From positions 38,998,001 through 39,062,000 of the forward strand of contig OZ336886.1 of the NCBI GenBank assembly GCA_965287045.1: 64,000 nucleotides of DNA, given 5' to 3'. The translations under genes and the position numbers were made by a program. Position 1 is the first letter of the stretch, and the number at the start of each line of letters is the position of its first letter. The notes beneath the pieces are model-generated. The model searched no databases. It was not told where the DNA came from and worked only from the letters and a program-made list of their open reading frames with translations. This document shows, in pieces, positions 10,646 to 23,844 of this stretch. Source of the DNA: Carcharhinus amblyrhynchos (Eukaryota).

Positions 10646-11646
10646 GTGGAGAACTGCAGGTGGAGTGTGGCATTGCCCAGTGTGGAGCAGTGTGGAAGGG
10701 TGGCAAACTTTGTATGTCTTAGTGTGGGATGAGAACAGTGATCCTAATGAAGAGTAGTGAGCTCAGCTGAGTGTTGATCAGAGTTGTGGGGGGCTGGTTA
10801 GTAGCAAACTTGTATCACGCAATGTGTGTCCAGACAGCCAATCTCAGTGTACACTGGTGATTTTGTAAGGAGGTGAGTGATGAACCCAGGGTAGAATACC
10901 ATTAGAGGATAGCGGCACAAGCGAAGAAAGAGGGAACCAGTATGCAGCAGAGCCGGAGGACAGCAGTCAACCTCTCGTGGAGCAGCACAAGAGGAGAGAG
11001 ATGAATCCAGTGTGAAGCAGCAAGATTGGCAAACCAAGTGGAGAACAATGTGTTAAGAGGATGGCAAAAGCAGTCTGGAGCAGGTTGGGTGGAATCAGCA
11101 GTCCAATAAGAAACATTGCAGGAGCGGTGAACCGAGTATGCCAATGTGGAACATAAATGATGAGCCCAGTTTTGAGTGGTGCCCGAGAAGAGCAATGGAT
11201 CCAGTATGAGCAGCGTGGGAGAAGAACATGAAAGCAGTGTACAGCAATGTGAGAAGAGTACAGCAAATTGAATATTGTGCCGCGCAGCTAGCGCATGATA
11301 AATCCAGTCTGGGGCAGCGAATGAGAGAGGTGAACACAGTATGGATCATTGTGGGAGAAGAGTGAAGACTCCAGTGTGGACCAGTCCAGGCAGAGTGCAG
11401 TGAACCCAGAGGAGTCATACACATGGATGGAGAACCCACTATGGAACAGTGTCGGATGTGAGCAGAGGTCCCGTTTAGAAGGAAGTAGGAGAAGGAGGAA
11501 TGGTGATCCCAATGTGGAGCAGTACGTGAGGTGAGTAACGATCCCAGTGAGGGGGCATGTGGATGCATGACAGCGAACCCAGTGTTGAGCAGCACAGCAG
11601 CAAGCCCAGGATGCAGCTGTGCGGGAGGAGCAACTAAACCGAGCAG
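10646..11646 (+). repeat. Minisatellite block S2
   Basis: Collinear with 6131-7132. Confidence 0.85.
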
Positions 11647-12838
11647 CAACTACAAGGGAAATTCAGGGAACAGCACCAACCCTTGTGTATGACAGTCTTT
11701 CATCTTGCAAGAGCCGTCAACATTGTTTATCCTGAGGGATTATGGAGCGCACTCCATTTCAGCTGCCCCAAATGTCTGTCACATTTCTCCGGCAGCTCCA
11801 CAATGACGTGCAAGCCTTGATCCTGACCAATGGATCCACCACAGATCAAATTCGCTTTGGAAATGTGGTCGTGAAATTCTGCATCATCACACCAACGCTC
11901 TTCTCAATGTTGCTTCATGCACACTCTGATCTCACACTCAACAACCTGCCACTGGATTAGAGCTAAATTACAGAACAAACGACAATCTATTCATTGATCC
12001 ATACATGCAGGCCTGATCCAAACTCGTCCTATCCTCCTGTCAGTCAACTACGTATAGCAAATAATGATCGCGACTGCACAAAATTGGAGGCCAAGTTCCA
12101 AACCATGGTCAACACCTTTTCCAAAATGTACGAGAGATGTACATAAATATGCTGTCACCTGAGGAAGTGTTTGAAGATCAGGAACTCAGTCAAATAACAG
12201 GGCTCATGGTCTACAGTGCATTAGTGTTACTGCCTATCTGTATGGCACAGAAATGTTGATTATGTACAGCAGGCACCTCAAAACCGTGGAGACATAGCAC
12301 CAGTGCTGCCTCTGGATGATCCTGAAAATCCATTGATCGCATAAACACACACCAACGCTCTTCTCAATTTTGCCACTGGACAATGGTCACATTCAGGCCA
12401 ATGTCCCAGCATTGAAGCATTGACCCAGCTGATTCCACTCTGCTGGGAACACCATATCGCCAAATGTCTGACACGAGACACCCAAAGGAAATGCTGTGCT
12501 TGGAGCTTTGATATTGCAAGCAAGTCCCATAGGAGCAGGAAAAATGCATCAATAACACCCCAAAAACGTCCTCAAAACTTAGAACAACCCCACTGATAGC
12601 AGGGAATCCCTTGCGCAAGACCACTTAAAACGGATGAAAAGCATTGAAAAGGAGCTGAACAAATTGATCTTCATCGCCGAGAACAAGCGGATATCGAGCA
12701 GTGTTTGGGAAAGGAGTGCATAGTGATCCCCTCACTCACCCATTCCTCTTTTCCATATCTGTCCGCCATGATAGAGATTGTAGGCTGTCATTAGACTGTT
12801 CCGCGATCTGTGAAATTATTTTGAGTGTTGTAGTAAGT
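11647..12838 (+). mobile_element. RTE LINE fragment type A with B-type 3' end (unit 6, chimera)
   Basis: A-type to about 12650, then matches the unit 2 end (GAGAACAAGCGGATATCGAGCAGTGTTTGGG). Confidence 0.85.
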
Positions 12839-13868
12839 GTGGAGAAGCACGGGGAGTGTTGCATGCCCAGTGTGAAGAGGACAGGAGACAGGTGGCAAAC
12901 CCAGTATGAAGTAACACGGAATGAGGACGGTGATCCTAATGAGGAGCAGGAGGAGAGGAGAGTGTTTAACTGAGTGTTGAGTGGAGTGGGGCGTTTATCG
13001 GTGAACTTGTATAATGCAACACAGGACCAGAGAACTGATCCTAGAGTACAACAGTGTTTTAGCAAGGAGATGAATACTGATCCCAGGTTAGAACAGCATG
13101 AGAGGATGGCAGCAAATGCAGTGTGGACAGTTTGAGAGGGGAGTGCTGAACCCAGTCTGGAGCAGTATGAGAGGAGACAGTTGAATCCAGTGTTGAGCAG
13201 CGAGGTTGGCAAACCAAGTGTAGAACAATGTGTTATCAGGAAAGTGAAAGAAGTGTGGAGCAAGGCATCAGCAATCCGGTATGAAGCATCGCAGGAGCAG
13301 AGCGCTGGAGCCAGTGCGGCGTGACAGGAGAGAAGATCTGCAAACTCTTTATAATACTATGGAGGACATAAACGACCAGCCTATTTTTGAGTGGTGAAGC
13401 AGGACAGCAATGAACCCAGTGCGAGCTGATAGGAGAAGAGCAATGAAACCAGTGCGAGCAATGTGAGAAGAGCACTGTGAGTTGAATATGGTGCAGCACA
13501 GGAAAAGAGGAATAGTCTGGAGCAATGGAAGAAGAGAGAAGTGAACACAGTGATCGTGGGAGAAGAGTGAAGAAATCAGTGAGGCCCAGCGCAGGCAGAG
13601 TGTAGTGAACCCAGTCGAGCAATGCACAGGGATGTCAAACCCAGTGTAGAGCACTGCGGGAGGAGAGCGAAGATCTCAGTTTAGAAGAATGTGCGAGGAG
13701 GTAGTGGGACAATCCCAGTGTGGAGCAGCTGTGAGACGAGCGGTGGAACCCTTTGAGTAGCACAGGAGCAGAGGGCTGATCCCAGCGTGGAGCCATTTGG
13801 ATGCATGACGATGAACCGAGTGTTGAGCAGTTCAGCAGAAAACCTGAGTTGGAGAAGCATGGGACGAG
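12839..13868 (+). repeat. Minisatellite block S1b
   Basis: Near-identical to 3815-4844 (offset 9024). Confidence 0.85.
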
Positions 13869-15154
13869 CAACTACAAGAGAAATGCAGGGAAAGCATCGA
13901 CAATTTTACATGATCTTCTTTGATCTCGGAAGAGTCTTCAACGTTGTCTGTGCTGAGATATTATGGGGAAGTATTTTCTATGTTGGCTGCCCCAGTGGTC
14001 ACCATTCTCCACCTGCTTCACAACGACACGTAGCCTGTAAAACTGACCAACGGATCCTCCACAAATCCAACTTATACCAATACTGTTCTCAATCTTGCTT
14101 CCAACATTGCACCATCTCACCCCCTGAAAGCTGCCAGTGAAATAGAGGTACATTACAGAACAAATAAGCATCTGTTCCGCATCCAATAGGTGCAGGCCGG
14201 ATCCAGGGTCGTCCCATCTTCTCATGCAACTGTATTTGGAAACGATGATTGTGCTTGCGCATTGGAGGCCAAGCTCCGAACCATGGTCAACACTTTCACC
14301 AAGATGTATGAGAGCGTGGGCCTTTCACTAAATATCCATAAGACAATGGTCCTCTTCCAATCTCCCTCATCATACAGAACTGATGCCACCAAAACCTGTC
14401 ATCAAAATCAACAACATGTTCTTGGAAAATGTGGACTACGTTCCATAACGTGACAAGTCACAATGGCAGACAGCAACAAACTTCAACACTGTCTTCAGTG
14501 TGCCAACGCAGCCTTCTGTCACCTGAGGGTGTGTTTGAAGATCAGGAACTCAGACAAGCACAAAGCTCATAGTCTACAGGGTCCTCGTGTTACAACCCTC
14601 TGTATGGCTCAGAGACCTGGACTCTGTACAGCAGGCACCTCAAACCTGGAGAAATCCCTCCAGTGCTGCCACTGCAAGATCCTCCAAATCCATTGGCTGC
14701 AAAGGCACACAACGTCAGTGGTATCGCTCAGATCAATCTCCTGAGCATCGAAGCACTGACCAGGCTGAGTCAGCTCTGCTGGGCTGGCCACATCACCACA
14801 TCAGACAGGACTCTCCCAAAGCAATTGCTGTACTCAGAGCTTTGATACCTCAAGCCCCAGGAGGGTAGAGAAAATGCATCAAGAACATCCTGAAAACTTC
14901 ATTAGAATTTACAACACTGCCACTGACCCCAAGGAATCCCATGCTCAAGACTGCTTGAAGTGGATGAAAAGCATCTGAGGAGGAGCTGAACACCTTGATC
15001 TTCTTCACTGAGAGCAAGCGGAAGCCAAGCTTCATCAGGAGAAGGAGCACGGAGCAACCCACGCACTCAGCAGGTACCCCTCCATAATAGAGATCGTAGG
15101 CTGTCATTAGACTGCTCCATCAAGTGTGAATTTATTTTAAGTGTTGTTGCAAGT
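13869..15154 (+). mobile_element. RTE LINE fragment type C (unit 7)
   Basis: Near-identical to 4845-6130. Confidence 0.87.
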
Positions 15155-16155
15155 GTGGAGAAGTGCAGGTGGAGTGTGGCATTGCCCAGTGTGGAGCAGT
15201 GTGGAAGGGTGGCAAACCTTGTATGTCTTAGTGTGGGATGAGGACAGTGATCCAAATGAAGAGCAGTGAGCTCAACTGACTGTTGATCAGAGTTGTGGGG
15301 GGCTGGTTAGTGGCAAACTTGTATCACGCAACGTGTGTCCAGACAGCCGATCTCAGTGTACAATGGTGATTTTGTAAGGAGGTGAGTGATGAACCCAGGG
15401 TAGAATACCATAAGAGGATAGCGGCACAAGAGGAGAAGGAGGAAACCAGTACGCAGCAAAGCACGAGGACAGCAGTCAACCTCTTGTGGAGCAGCACAAG
15501 AGGAGAGAGATGAATCCAGTGTGAAGCAGCAAGATTGCCAAACCAAGCGTAGAACAATGTGTTATCAGGAAGGCAAAAGCAGCCTGGAGCAGGTTGGGTG
15601 GAATCAGCAGTCCAATATGAAACATTGCAGGAGCGGTGAACCTAGGATGCCAATGTGGAACATAAATGATGAGCCCAGTTTTGAGTGCTGCCCGAGAAGA
15701 GCAATGGATCCAGTGTGAGTAGAATGGGAGAAGAACATGAAACCAGTGTACAGCAGTGTGAGAAGAGTACAGAAAATTGAATATTGTGCCGCGCAGCTAG
15801 CGCATGATAAATCCAGTCTGGGGCAGCGAAGGAGAAGAGAGGAGAACACAGTATGGATCATTGTGGGAAAGAGTGAAGACTCCAGTGTGGACCAGTCCAG
15901 GCAGAGTGCAGTGAACCCAGAGGAGTAGTGCACATGGATGGAGAACCCACTCTGGAACAGTATCGGATGTGATAGAGGTCCCGTTTGGAAGGAATTAGGA
16001 GAAGGAGAAATAGTGATCCCAATGTGGAGCAGTATGTGAGCTGAGTAACGATCCCAGTGAGGGGGCATGTGGATGCACGACAACAAAACCCGTGTTGAGC
16101 AGCACTACAGCAAGTCCAGGATGCAGCTGTGAGGGAGGACAAATAAACCGAGCAG
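15155..16155 (+). repeat. Minisatellite block S2
   Basis: Near-identical to 6131-7132. Confidence 0.85.
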
Positions 16156-17348
16156 CAACGACAAGGCAAATTCAGGGAACCGCACCAACCCTCGTGTATG
16201 ACATTCTTTAATTGTGCAAGAGCCGTCAACATTGTCAATCCTGAGGGATTATGGCGCACACTCCATCTCAGCTGCCCCAAATGTTTGTCACATTTCTCCA
16301 GCTGCTCCACAATGACATGCAAGCCTTGATCCTGACCAATGGATCCACCACAGATCAAGTTCACTTTGGAAATGTGGTCGTGAAATTCTGCATCATCACA
16401 CCAACGCTCTTCTCAATTTTGCTTCATGCACTCTCTGATCTGACACTCAGCAACCTGCCACTGGATTAGAGCTAAATTACAGAACAAACGACAATCTATT
16501 CAGTGATCCATACATGCAGGCCTGATCCAAAGTCGTCCTATCCTCCTGTCAGTCAACTACGTATAGCAAAGAATGATCGCGACTGCGCAAAATTGGAGGC
16601 CACGCTCCAAACCATGGTCAACACCTTTTCCAAAATGTACGAGAGATGTACATAAATATGCTGTCGCCTGAGGAAGTGTTTGAAGATCAGGAACTCAGTT
16701 AAATACCAGGGCTCATGGTCTACAGTGCATTAGTGTTACTGCCCATCTGTGTGGCTCAGAAATGTTGATTATGTACAGCAGGCACTTCAAAACCCTGGAG
16801 AAGTTGCACCAGTGCTGCCCCTGGATGATCCTGAAAATCCATTGATAGCATAAACACACAGCAACGCTCTTCTCAATTTTGCCACTGGACAATGGTCTCA
16901 TTCAGGGCAATGTCCCGGCATTGAAGCATTGACTATGCTGAGTGAACTCTGCTGGGCACACCATATCGCCAAATGTCTGACACGAGATACCCAAAGCAAA
17001 TGCTGTGCTTGGAGCTTTGATACTGCAACGAAGTCCCATAGGAGCAGGAAAAATGCATCAATAACACCCTGAAAACATCCTCAAAACTGAGAGCAACCCC
17101 ACAGATAGCAGGGAATCCGTTGCACAAGACCATTTAATGTGGATGAAAAGCATTGAAAACAAGCTGAACACCTTGATCTTCATCGCCAAGAGCAAGCAGA
17201 AGTCGAGTGGTGTCAGGAAAGGAGTGTATTGTGATCCACTCACTCACCCACTCCTCTACTCCATATCTGCCCCCTGTGATAGAAATTGTAGGTTATCATT
17301 CGACTGTTCCGCCCGCCATCTGTGAAATTATTTTGTGTTGTCGTAAGT
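16156..17348 (+). mobile_element. RTE LINE fragment type A (unit 8)
   Basis: Collinear with 7133-8325. Confidence 0.85.
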
Positions 17349-18367
17349 GTGGAGAAGCACGGGGAGTGTTGCATGCCCAGAGTGAAGAGGGCAGGAGACA
17401 GGTGGCAAACCCAGTATGAAGTAACACGGAATGAGGACGGAGATCCAAATGAGGAGCAGCAGTTGAGGAGTGTGATTAACTAAGTATTGAGTGGAGTGGG
17501 GCGTTTATTGGTGAACTTGGATATTGCAACACAGGACCAGAGAACTGATCCTAGAGTGCAACAGTGTTTTAGTGAGGAGATGAATAGTGATCCCAGGGTA
17601 GAACAGCATGAGAGGATGGCAGCAAATGCAGTGTGGAGCAGTTTGTGAGGGGAGTGCTGAACCCAGTCTGGAGCAGTATGAGAGGAGAGAGTTGAATCCA
17701 GTGTTGAGCAGTGAGGTTGGCGAACCAAGTGTAAAAAAGTGTGTTATCAGGAAAGTGAAAGACGTATGGAGCAAGGCATCAGCAATCCGGTCTGAAGCAT
17801 CGCAGGAGCAGAGCGGTGGAGCCAGTACGGCGTGACAGGGGAGAAGATCTGCATCTCTTTATAATGTGATGTCGGATATAAACGACCAGCCTATTTTCGA
17901 GTGGTGAAGCAGGACGGCAATGAGTCCAGTGCGAGCAGATAGGAGAAGAGCAATGAATCCAATGCAGAGCAATGTGAGAAGAGTACTGTGAGTTGAATAT
18001 GGTGCAGCACAGGAGAAGAGGAATAGTCTGGAGTAATGGAAGAAGAGAGAAGTGAACACAGTGATCGTGGGAGAAGAGCGAAGAAACCTGTTTGGCCCAG
18101 TGCAGGCAGCGTGCAGTAAACCCCAGTCGAGCAGTGCGCAGGGATATCAAACCCAGTGTGGAGCACCACGGGAGGAGAGTGAAGATCTCAGTTTAGAAGA
18201 ATGTGGGAGGAGGTGGTGGGGCAATCCCAGTGTGGAGCAGCATGTGAGGAGAGTGGTGGAACCCATTGAGTAGCACAGGAGCAGAGGACTGATCCCAGTG
18301 TGCATGACGATGAACCCAGTGTTGAGCAGTTCAGCAGGAAACCTGAGTTGGAGAAGCATGGGACGAG
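17349..18367 (+). repeat. Minisatellite block S1
   Basis: Collinear with 1638-2664; 14-bp deletion at about 18300. Confidence 0.83.
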
Positions 18368-18631
18368 CAACTACAAGAGAAATGCAGGGAAAGCATCAAC
18401 AACTTTACATGATCTTCTTTGATCTCGGAAGAGTCTTCAACGTTGTCTATGCTGAGAGATTATGGGGAACTATCCTCTGTGTTGGCTGCCCCAGTGGTCA
18501 CCATTCTCCACCTGCTTCACAATGACACGTAGGCCGTGAAGCTGACCAACGGATCCGCCACAAATCCAACTTATACCAATACTGTTCTCAATCTTGCTTC
18601 CTACGTTGCACCATCTCACCCCCAGAAAGCT
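18368..18631 (+). mobile_element. RTE LINE fragment type C truncated by a ~1.2-kb deletion (unit 9)
   Basis: C-type start ends at CCCAGAAAGCT, then jumps into the interior of S2 (GTCCAGACAGCCGAT). Confidence 0.85.
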
Positions 18632-18635
18632 CTCA

Positions 18636-19445
18636 GTCCAGACAGCCGATCTCAGCGTACAATGGTGATTTTGTAAGGAGGTGAGTGATGAACCCAGAGT
18701 AGAATACCATAAGAGGATAGCGGCACAAGAGAAGAAGGAGGAAACCTGTATGCAGCAGAGCATGAGGACAGCAGTCAACCTCTCGTGGAGCAGCACAAGA
18801 GGAGAGAGATGAATCCAGTGTGAAGCAGCAAGATTGGCAAACCAAACAATGTGTTATCAGGAAGGCAAAAGCAGTCTGGAGCAGGTTGGGTGGAATCAGC
18901 TGTCCTTTGTGAAACATTGCAGGAGCGGTGAACCTAGTATGCCAATGTGGAATATAAATGATGAGCCCAGGTTTCACTGGTGCCCGAGAAGAGCAATGGA
19001 TCCAGTGTGAGCAGCATGGGAGAAGAACATGAAACCAGTGTACAGCAATGTGAGAAGAGTACAGAAAATTGAATATTGTGCCGCGCAGTTAGCGCATGAT
19101 AAATCCAGTCTGGGGCAGCGAAGGTGAGGTGAACACAGTATGGATCATTGTGGGAGAAGAGTAAAGACTCCAGTGTGGACCAGTCCAGGCACAGTGCAGT
19201 GAACCCAGAGGAGTAGTGCACATGGATGGAGAACCCACTCTGGAACAGTGTCGGATGTGAGCAGAGGTCCTGTTTAGAAGGAAGTAGGAGAAGGAGGAAT
19301 GGTGATCCCAATGTGGAGCAGTATGTGAGGTGAGTAACGATCCCAGTGAGGGGGCATGTGGATGCATGACAATGAACCCAGTGTTGAACAGCACAGCAGC
19401 AAGCCCAGGATGCAGCTGTGAGGGAGGAGCAACTAAACCGAGCAG
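18636..19445 (+). repeat. Minisatellite block S2 (5'-deleted)
   Basis: Collinear with 6313-7132. Confidence 0.83.
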
Positions 19446-20635
19446 CAACTACAAGGGAAATTCAGGGAACAGCACCAACCCTTGTGTATGACATTCTTTC
19501 ATCTTGCAAGAGCCGTCAACATTGTCAATCCTGAGGGATTATGGAGCACACTCCATTTCAGCTGCCCCAAATATTTGTCACATTTCTCCAGCTGCTCCAC
19601 AATGACATGCAAGCCTTGATTCTGACCAATGGATCCACCACAGATCAAATTCGCTTTGGAAATGTGGTCGTGAAATTCTGCATCATCACACCAACGCTCT
19701 TCTCAATTTTGCTTCATGCAGTCTCTCATCTCACACTCTGCAACCTGCCACTGATTTATTGCTAAAATACAGAACAAACGACAATCTATTCAGTGACGCA
19801 CACATGCAGGCCTGATCCAAAGTCGTCCTATCCTCCTGTCAGTCAACTTCGTATAGCAAATAATGATCACGACTGCGCAAAATTGGAGGCCAAGTTCCAA
19901 ACCATGGTCAACACCTTTTCCAAAATGTATGAGAGATGTACATAAATATGCTGTCGCCTGAGGAAGTGTTTGAAGATCAGGAACTCAGTCAATACCAGGG
20001 CTCATGGTCCACAGTGCAGTAGTGTTACTGCCCATCTGTATGGCTCAGAAATGTTGATTTTGTACAGCAGGCACCTCAAAGCCCTGGAGAAGCCGCACCA
20101 GTGCTGCCTCTGGATGATCCTGAAAATCCATTGATAGCATAAACACACATCAACGCTCTTCTCAATTTTGCCACTGGACAATGGTCTCACTCAGGCCAAT
20201 ATCCCAGCACTGAAGCATTGACCATGCTGAGTCAACTCTGCTGGGCATGCCATATCGCCAAATGTCTGACACGAGATACCCAAAGCATATGCTGTGCTTG
20301 GAGCGTCGATATTGCGAGCAAGTCCCATAGGAGCAGGAAGAATGCATCAATAACACCCTGAAAACGTCCTCAAAAGTTCGAACAACCCCACTGATAACAG
20401 GGAATCCCTTGCACAAGACCATTTAAAATGGATGAAAAGCATTGAAAAGGAGTTGAACACCTTGATCTTCATTGCCAAGAGCAAGCGGAAGTCGAGCGGT
20501 GTCAGGAAAGGAGTGCATTGTGATCCACTCACTCACCCAATCCTCTATTCCATATTTGCCCCCCGTGATAGAAATTGTAGGCTATCGTTCGACTGTTCCG
20601 CCATCTGTGAAATTATTTTGAGTGTTGTAGTAAGT
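19446..20635 (+). mobile_element. RTE LINE fragment type A (unit 10)
   Basis: Near-identical to unit 1 (offset about 18999). Confidence 0.85.
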
Positions 20636-21662
20636 GTGGAGAAGCACGGGGAGTGTTGCATACCCAGTGTGAAGAGGGCAGGAGACAGGTGGCAAACCCA
20701 GTATGAAGTAACACGGAATGAGGACGGAGATCCTAATGAGGAGCAGCAGCTGAGGAGAGTGTTTAACTAAGTATTGAGTGGATGGGGCTTTTATTGGTGA
20801 ACTTGTATAATGCAACAGAGGACCCCAGAACTGATCCTAGAGTACAAGAGTGTTTTAGTAAGGAGATGAATAATGTTCCCAGGGTAGAACAGCATGAGAG
20901 GATGGCAGCAAATGCAGTGTGGACAGTTTGAGAGGGGAGTGCTGAACCCAGTCTGGAGCAGTGTGAGAGGAGAGAGTTGAATCCAGCGTTGAGCAGCAAA
21001 GTTGGCGAACCAAGCGTAGAACAATGTGTTATCAGGAAAGTGAAAGAAGTGTGGAGCAAGGCATCAGCAATCCGGTATGAAGCATCGCAGGAGCAGAGCG
21101 GTGGAGCCAGTACGACGTGACAGGGGAGAAGATCTGCAACTCTTTCTAATGTGATGTCGGATATAAACGACCAGCCTATTTTCGACTGGTGAAGCAGGAC
21201 AGCAATGAACCCAGTGTGAGCAGATAGGAAAAGAGCAATGAAACCAGTGCGGAGCAATGTGAGTAGAGCACTGTGAGTTGAATATGGTGCAGCACAGGAG
21301 AAGAGGAATAGTCTGGAATAATGGAAGAAGAGAGAAGCGAACACAGTGATCGTAGAAGAGCGAAGAAACCCGTGTGGCCCAGTGCAGGCAGAGTGCAGTA
21401 AACCCAGTCGAGCAGTGCGCAGGGATGTCAAGCCCAGTGTGGAGCACTGCGGGAGGAGAGTGAAGATCTCAGTTGAGAAGAATGTGGGAGGAGGTGGTGG
21501 GGCAATCCCAGTGTGGAGCAGCGTGTGAGGAGAGTGGTGGAACCCATTGAGTAGCACAGGAGCAGAGGGCTGAACGGAGTATGGAGCCATTTGGATGCAT
21601 GACGATGAACCTAGTGTTGAGCAGTTCAGCAGGAAACCTGAGTTGGAGAAGCATGGGATGAG
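20636..21662 (+). repeat. Minisatellite block S1a
   Basis: Near-identical to 1638-2664. Confidence 0.85.
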
Positions 21663-22812
21663 CAACTACAAGAGAAATGCAGGGAAAGCATCAACAACTT
21701 TACATGACCTTCTTTGATCTCAGAAGAGCCTTCAACATTGTGTATGCTGAGAGATTATGGGAAACTATCCCCTGTTGGCTGCCCCAATGATCACCATTCT
21801 CCACCTGCTTCACAATGACACGTAGGCCATGATCCTGACCAACGGATTCACCACAGATCCAATTCATTTTGGAAATGTAGTCATGAAATTCTGCATCATC
21901 ACACCAAGGCTCTTCTCAATTTTGCTTCGTGCAATGCTCTACCTCAAACTTAGAGCTAAATTACAGAACATACGACAATCTATTCAGCGATCGTAACGTG
22001 CAGGCCTGATCGAAAGTCGTCATATGCTCCTGTCAGTCAACTACGTATAGCAAATGATGATCGCGACTGTACAAAATTGGAGGCCATCTCCCAAACCATG
22101 GCCAACACCTTCTTGAAGATGTACGAGACCATGAGCCTTACATTAAATATTCTGTCACCTGAGGAAGTGTTTGAAGATCAGGAACTCAGTCCCAGAACAG
22201 GGCTTATGGTTCACAGTGCAGTAGTGTTACTGCCCATCTATACGGCTGAGAGGTGTTGATTATGTACAGCAGGCACCTCAAAACCCTGGAGAAGTAGCAC
22301 CAGCGCTGCCTCTGGATGATCCTGAATGTCCATTGGCAGCATAAACACATAATGTCAGTGGTCTCATTCAAGCCAATATCCCAGCATTGAAGCATTGACC
22401 ATGCTGAGTCAACTCTGCTGGGCAGGCCAAACCGCCACATATCTGACACGAGTTACCCATAGCAAACGTTGTGTTTGGAGCTTTGATACTACAAGCAAGT
22501 CCCATTGGAGCAGGAATAATGCATCAGTAACACCCTGAAAATGTCATCAAATCTTCCAACAACCCCACTGATAGCAGAGAATCCCTTGCACAAGACCACT
22601 TAAAATGGATGAAAGCACTGAAAAGGAGCTGAACACATTGATCTTCATCGCCGAGAACAAGCGGACATCGAGCAGTGTTTGGGAAAGGAGTGCAAAGTGA
22701 TCCACTCGCTCACCCATTCCTCTTTTCCATATCTGTCCGCCATGATAGAGATTATCGGCTGTCATTCGACTGTTCCTCCATCTGTGAAATTATTTTGAGT
22801 GTTGTAGTAAGT
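21663..22812 (+). mobile_element. RTE LINE fragment type B (unit 11)
   Basis: Near-identical to unit 2. Confidence 0.85.
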
Positions 22813-23844
22813 GTGGAGAAGCACGGGGAGTGTTGCACGCCCAGTGTGAAGAGGACAGGAGACAGGTGGCAAACCCAGTATGAAGTAACACGGAATGAAG
22901 ACGGAGATCCAAATGAGGAGCAGGAGGAGAGGAGAGTGTTTAACTGAGTGTTGAGTGGAGTGGGGCGTTTATCGGTGAACTTCTGTAATGCAACATCGGG
23001 CCAGAAAACTGATCCTAGATTACAGCAGTGTTTTAGTAAGGAGATGAATAGTGATCCCAGGGTAGAACAGCATGAGAGGATGGGCAGCAAATGCAGTGTG
23101 GAGCAGTTTGAGAGGGGAGTGCTGAACCCAGTCTGGAGCAGTATGAGAGGAGAGAGTTGAATCCAGCGTTGAGCAGCAAGGTTGGCGAACCAAGCGTAGA
23201 AAAATGTGTTATCAGGAAAGTGAAAGAAGTGTGGAACAAGGCAGCAGCAATCCGGTCTGAAGCATCGCAGGAGCAGAGCGGTGGAGCCAGTACGGCGTGA
23301 CAGGAGAGAAGATCTCCAAACTCTTTATAATACGATGTAGAATATAAATGACCAGCCTATTTTTGAGTGGTGAAGCAGGACAGCAATGAACCCAGTGCGA
23401 GCTGATAGGAGAAGAGCAATGAAACCAGTGCGAGCAATGTGAGAAAAGCACTGTGAGTTGAATGTGGTGCAGCACAGGAGAAGAGGAATAGTCTGGAGCA
23501 ATGGAAGAAGAGAGAAGTGAACACAGTGATCGTGGGAGAAGAGTGAAGAAATCAGTGAGGCCCAGCGCAGGCAGAGTGTAGTGAACCCAGTCGAGCAATG
23601 CGCAGGGATGTCAAACCCAGTGTAGAGCACTGCGGGAGGAGAGCGAAGATCTCAGTTTAGAAGAATGTGCGAGGAGGTAGTGGGACAATCCCAGTGTGGA
23701 GCAGCTGTGAGACGAGCGGTGGAACCCTTTGAGTAGCACAGGAGCAGAGGGCTGATCCCAGTGTGGAGCCATTTGGATGCATGACGATGAACCAAGTGTT
23801 GAGCAGTTCAGCAGAAAACCTGAGTTGGAGAAGCATGGGACGAG
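22813..23844 (+). repeat. Minisatellite block S1b
   Basis: Collinear with 3815-4844. Confidence 0.85.
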
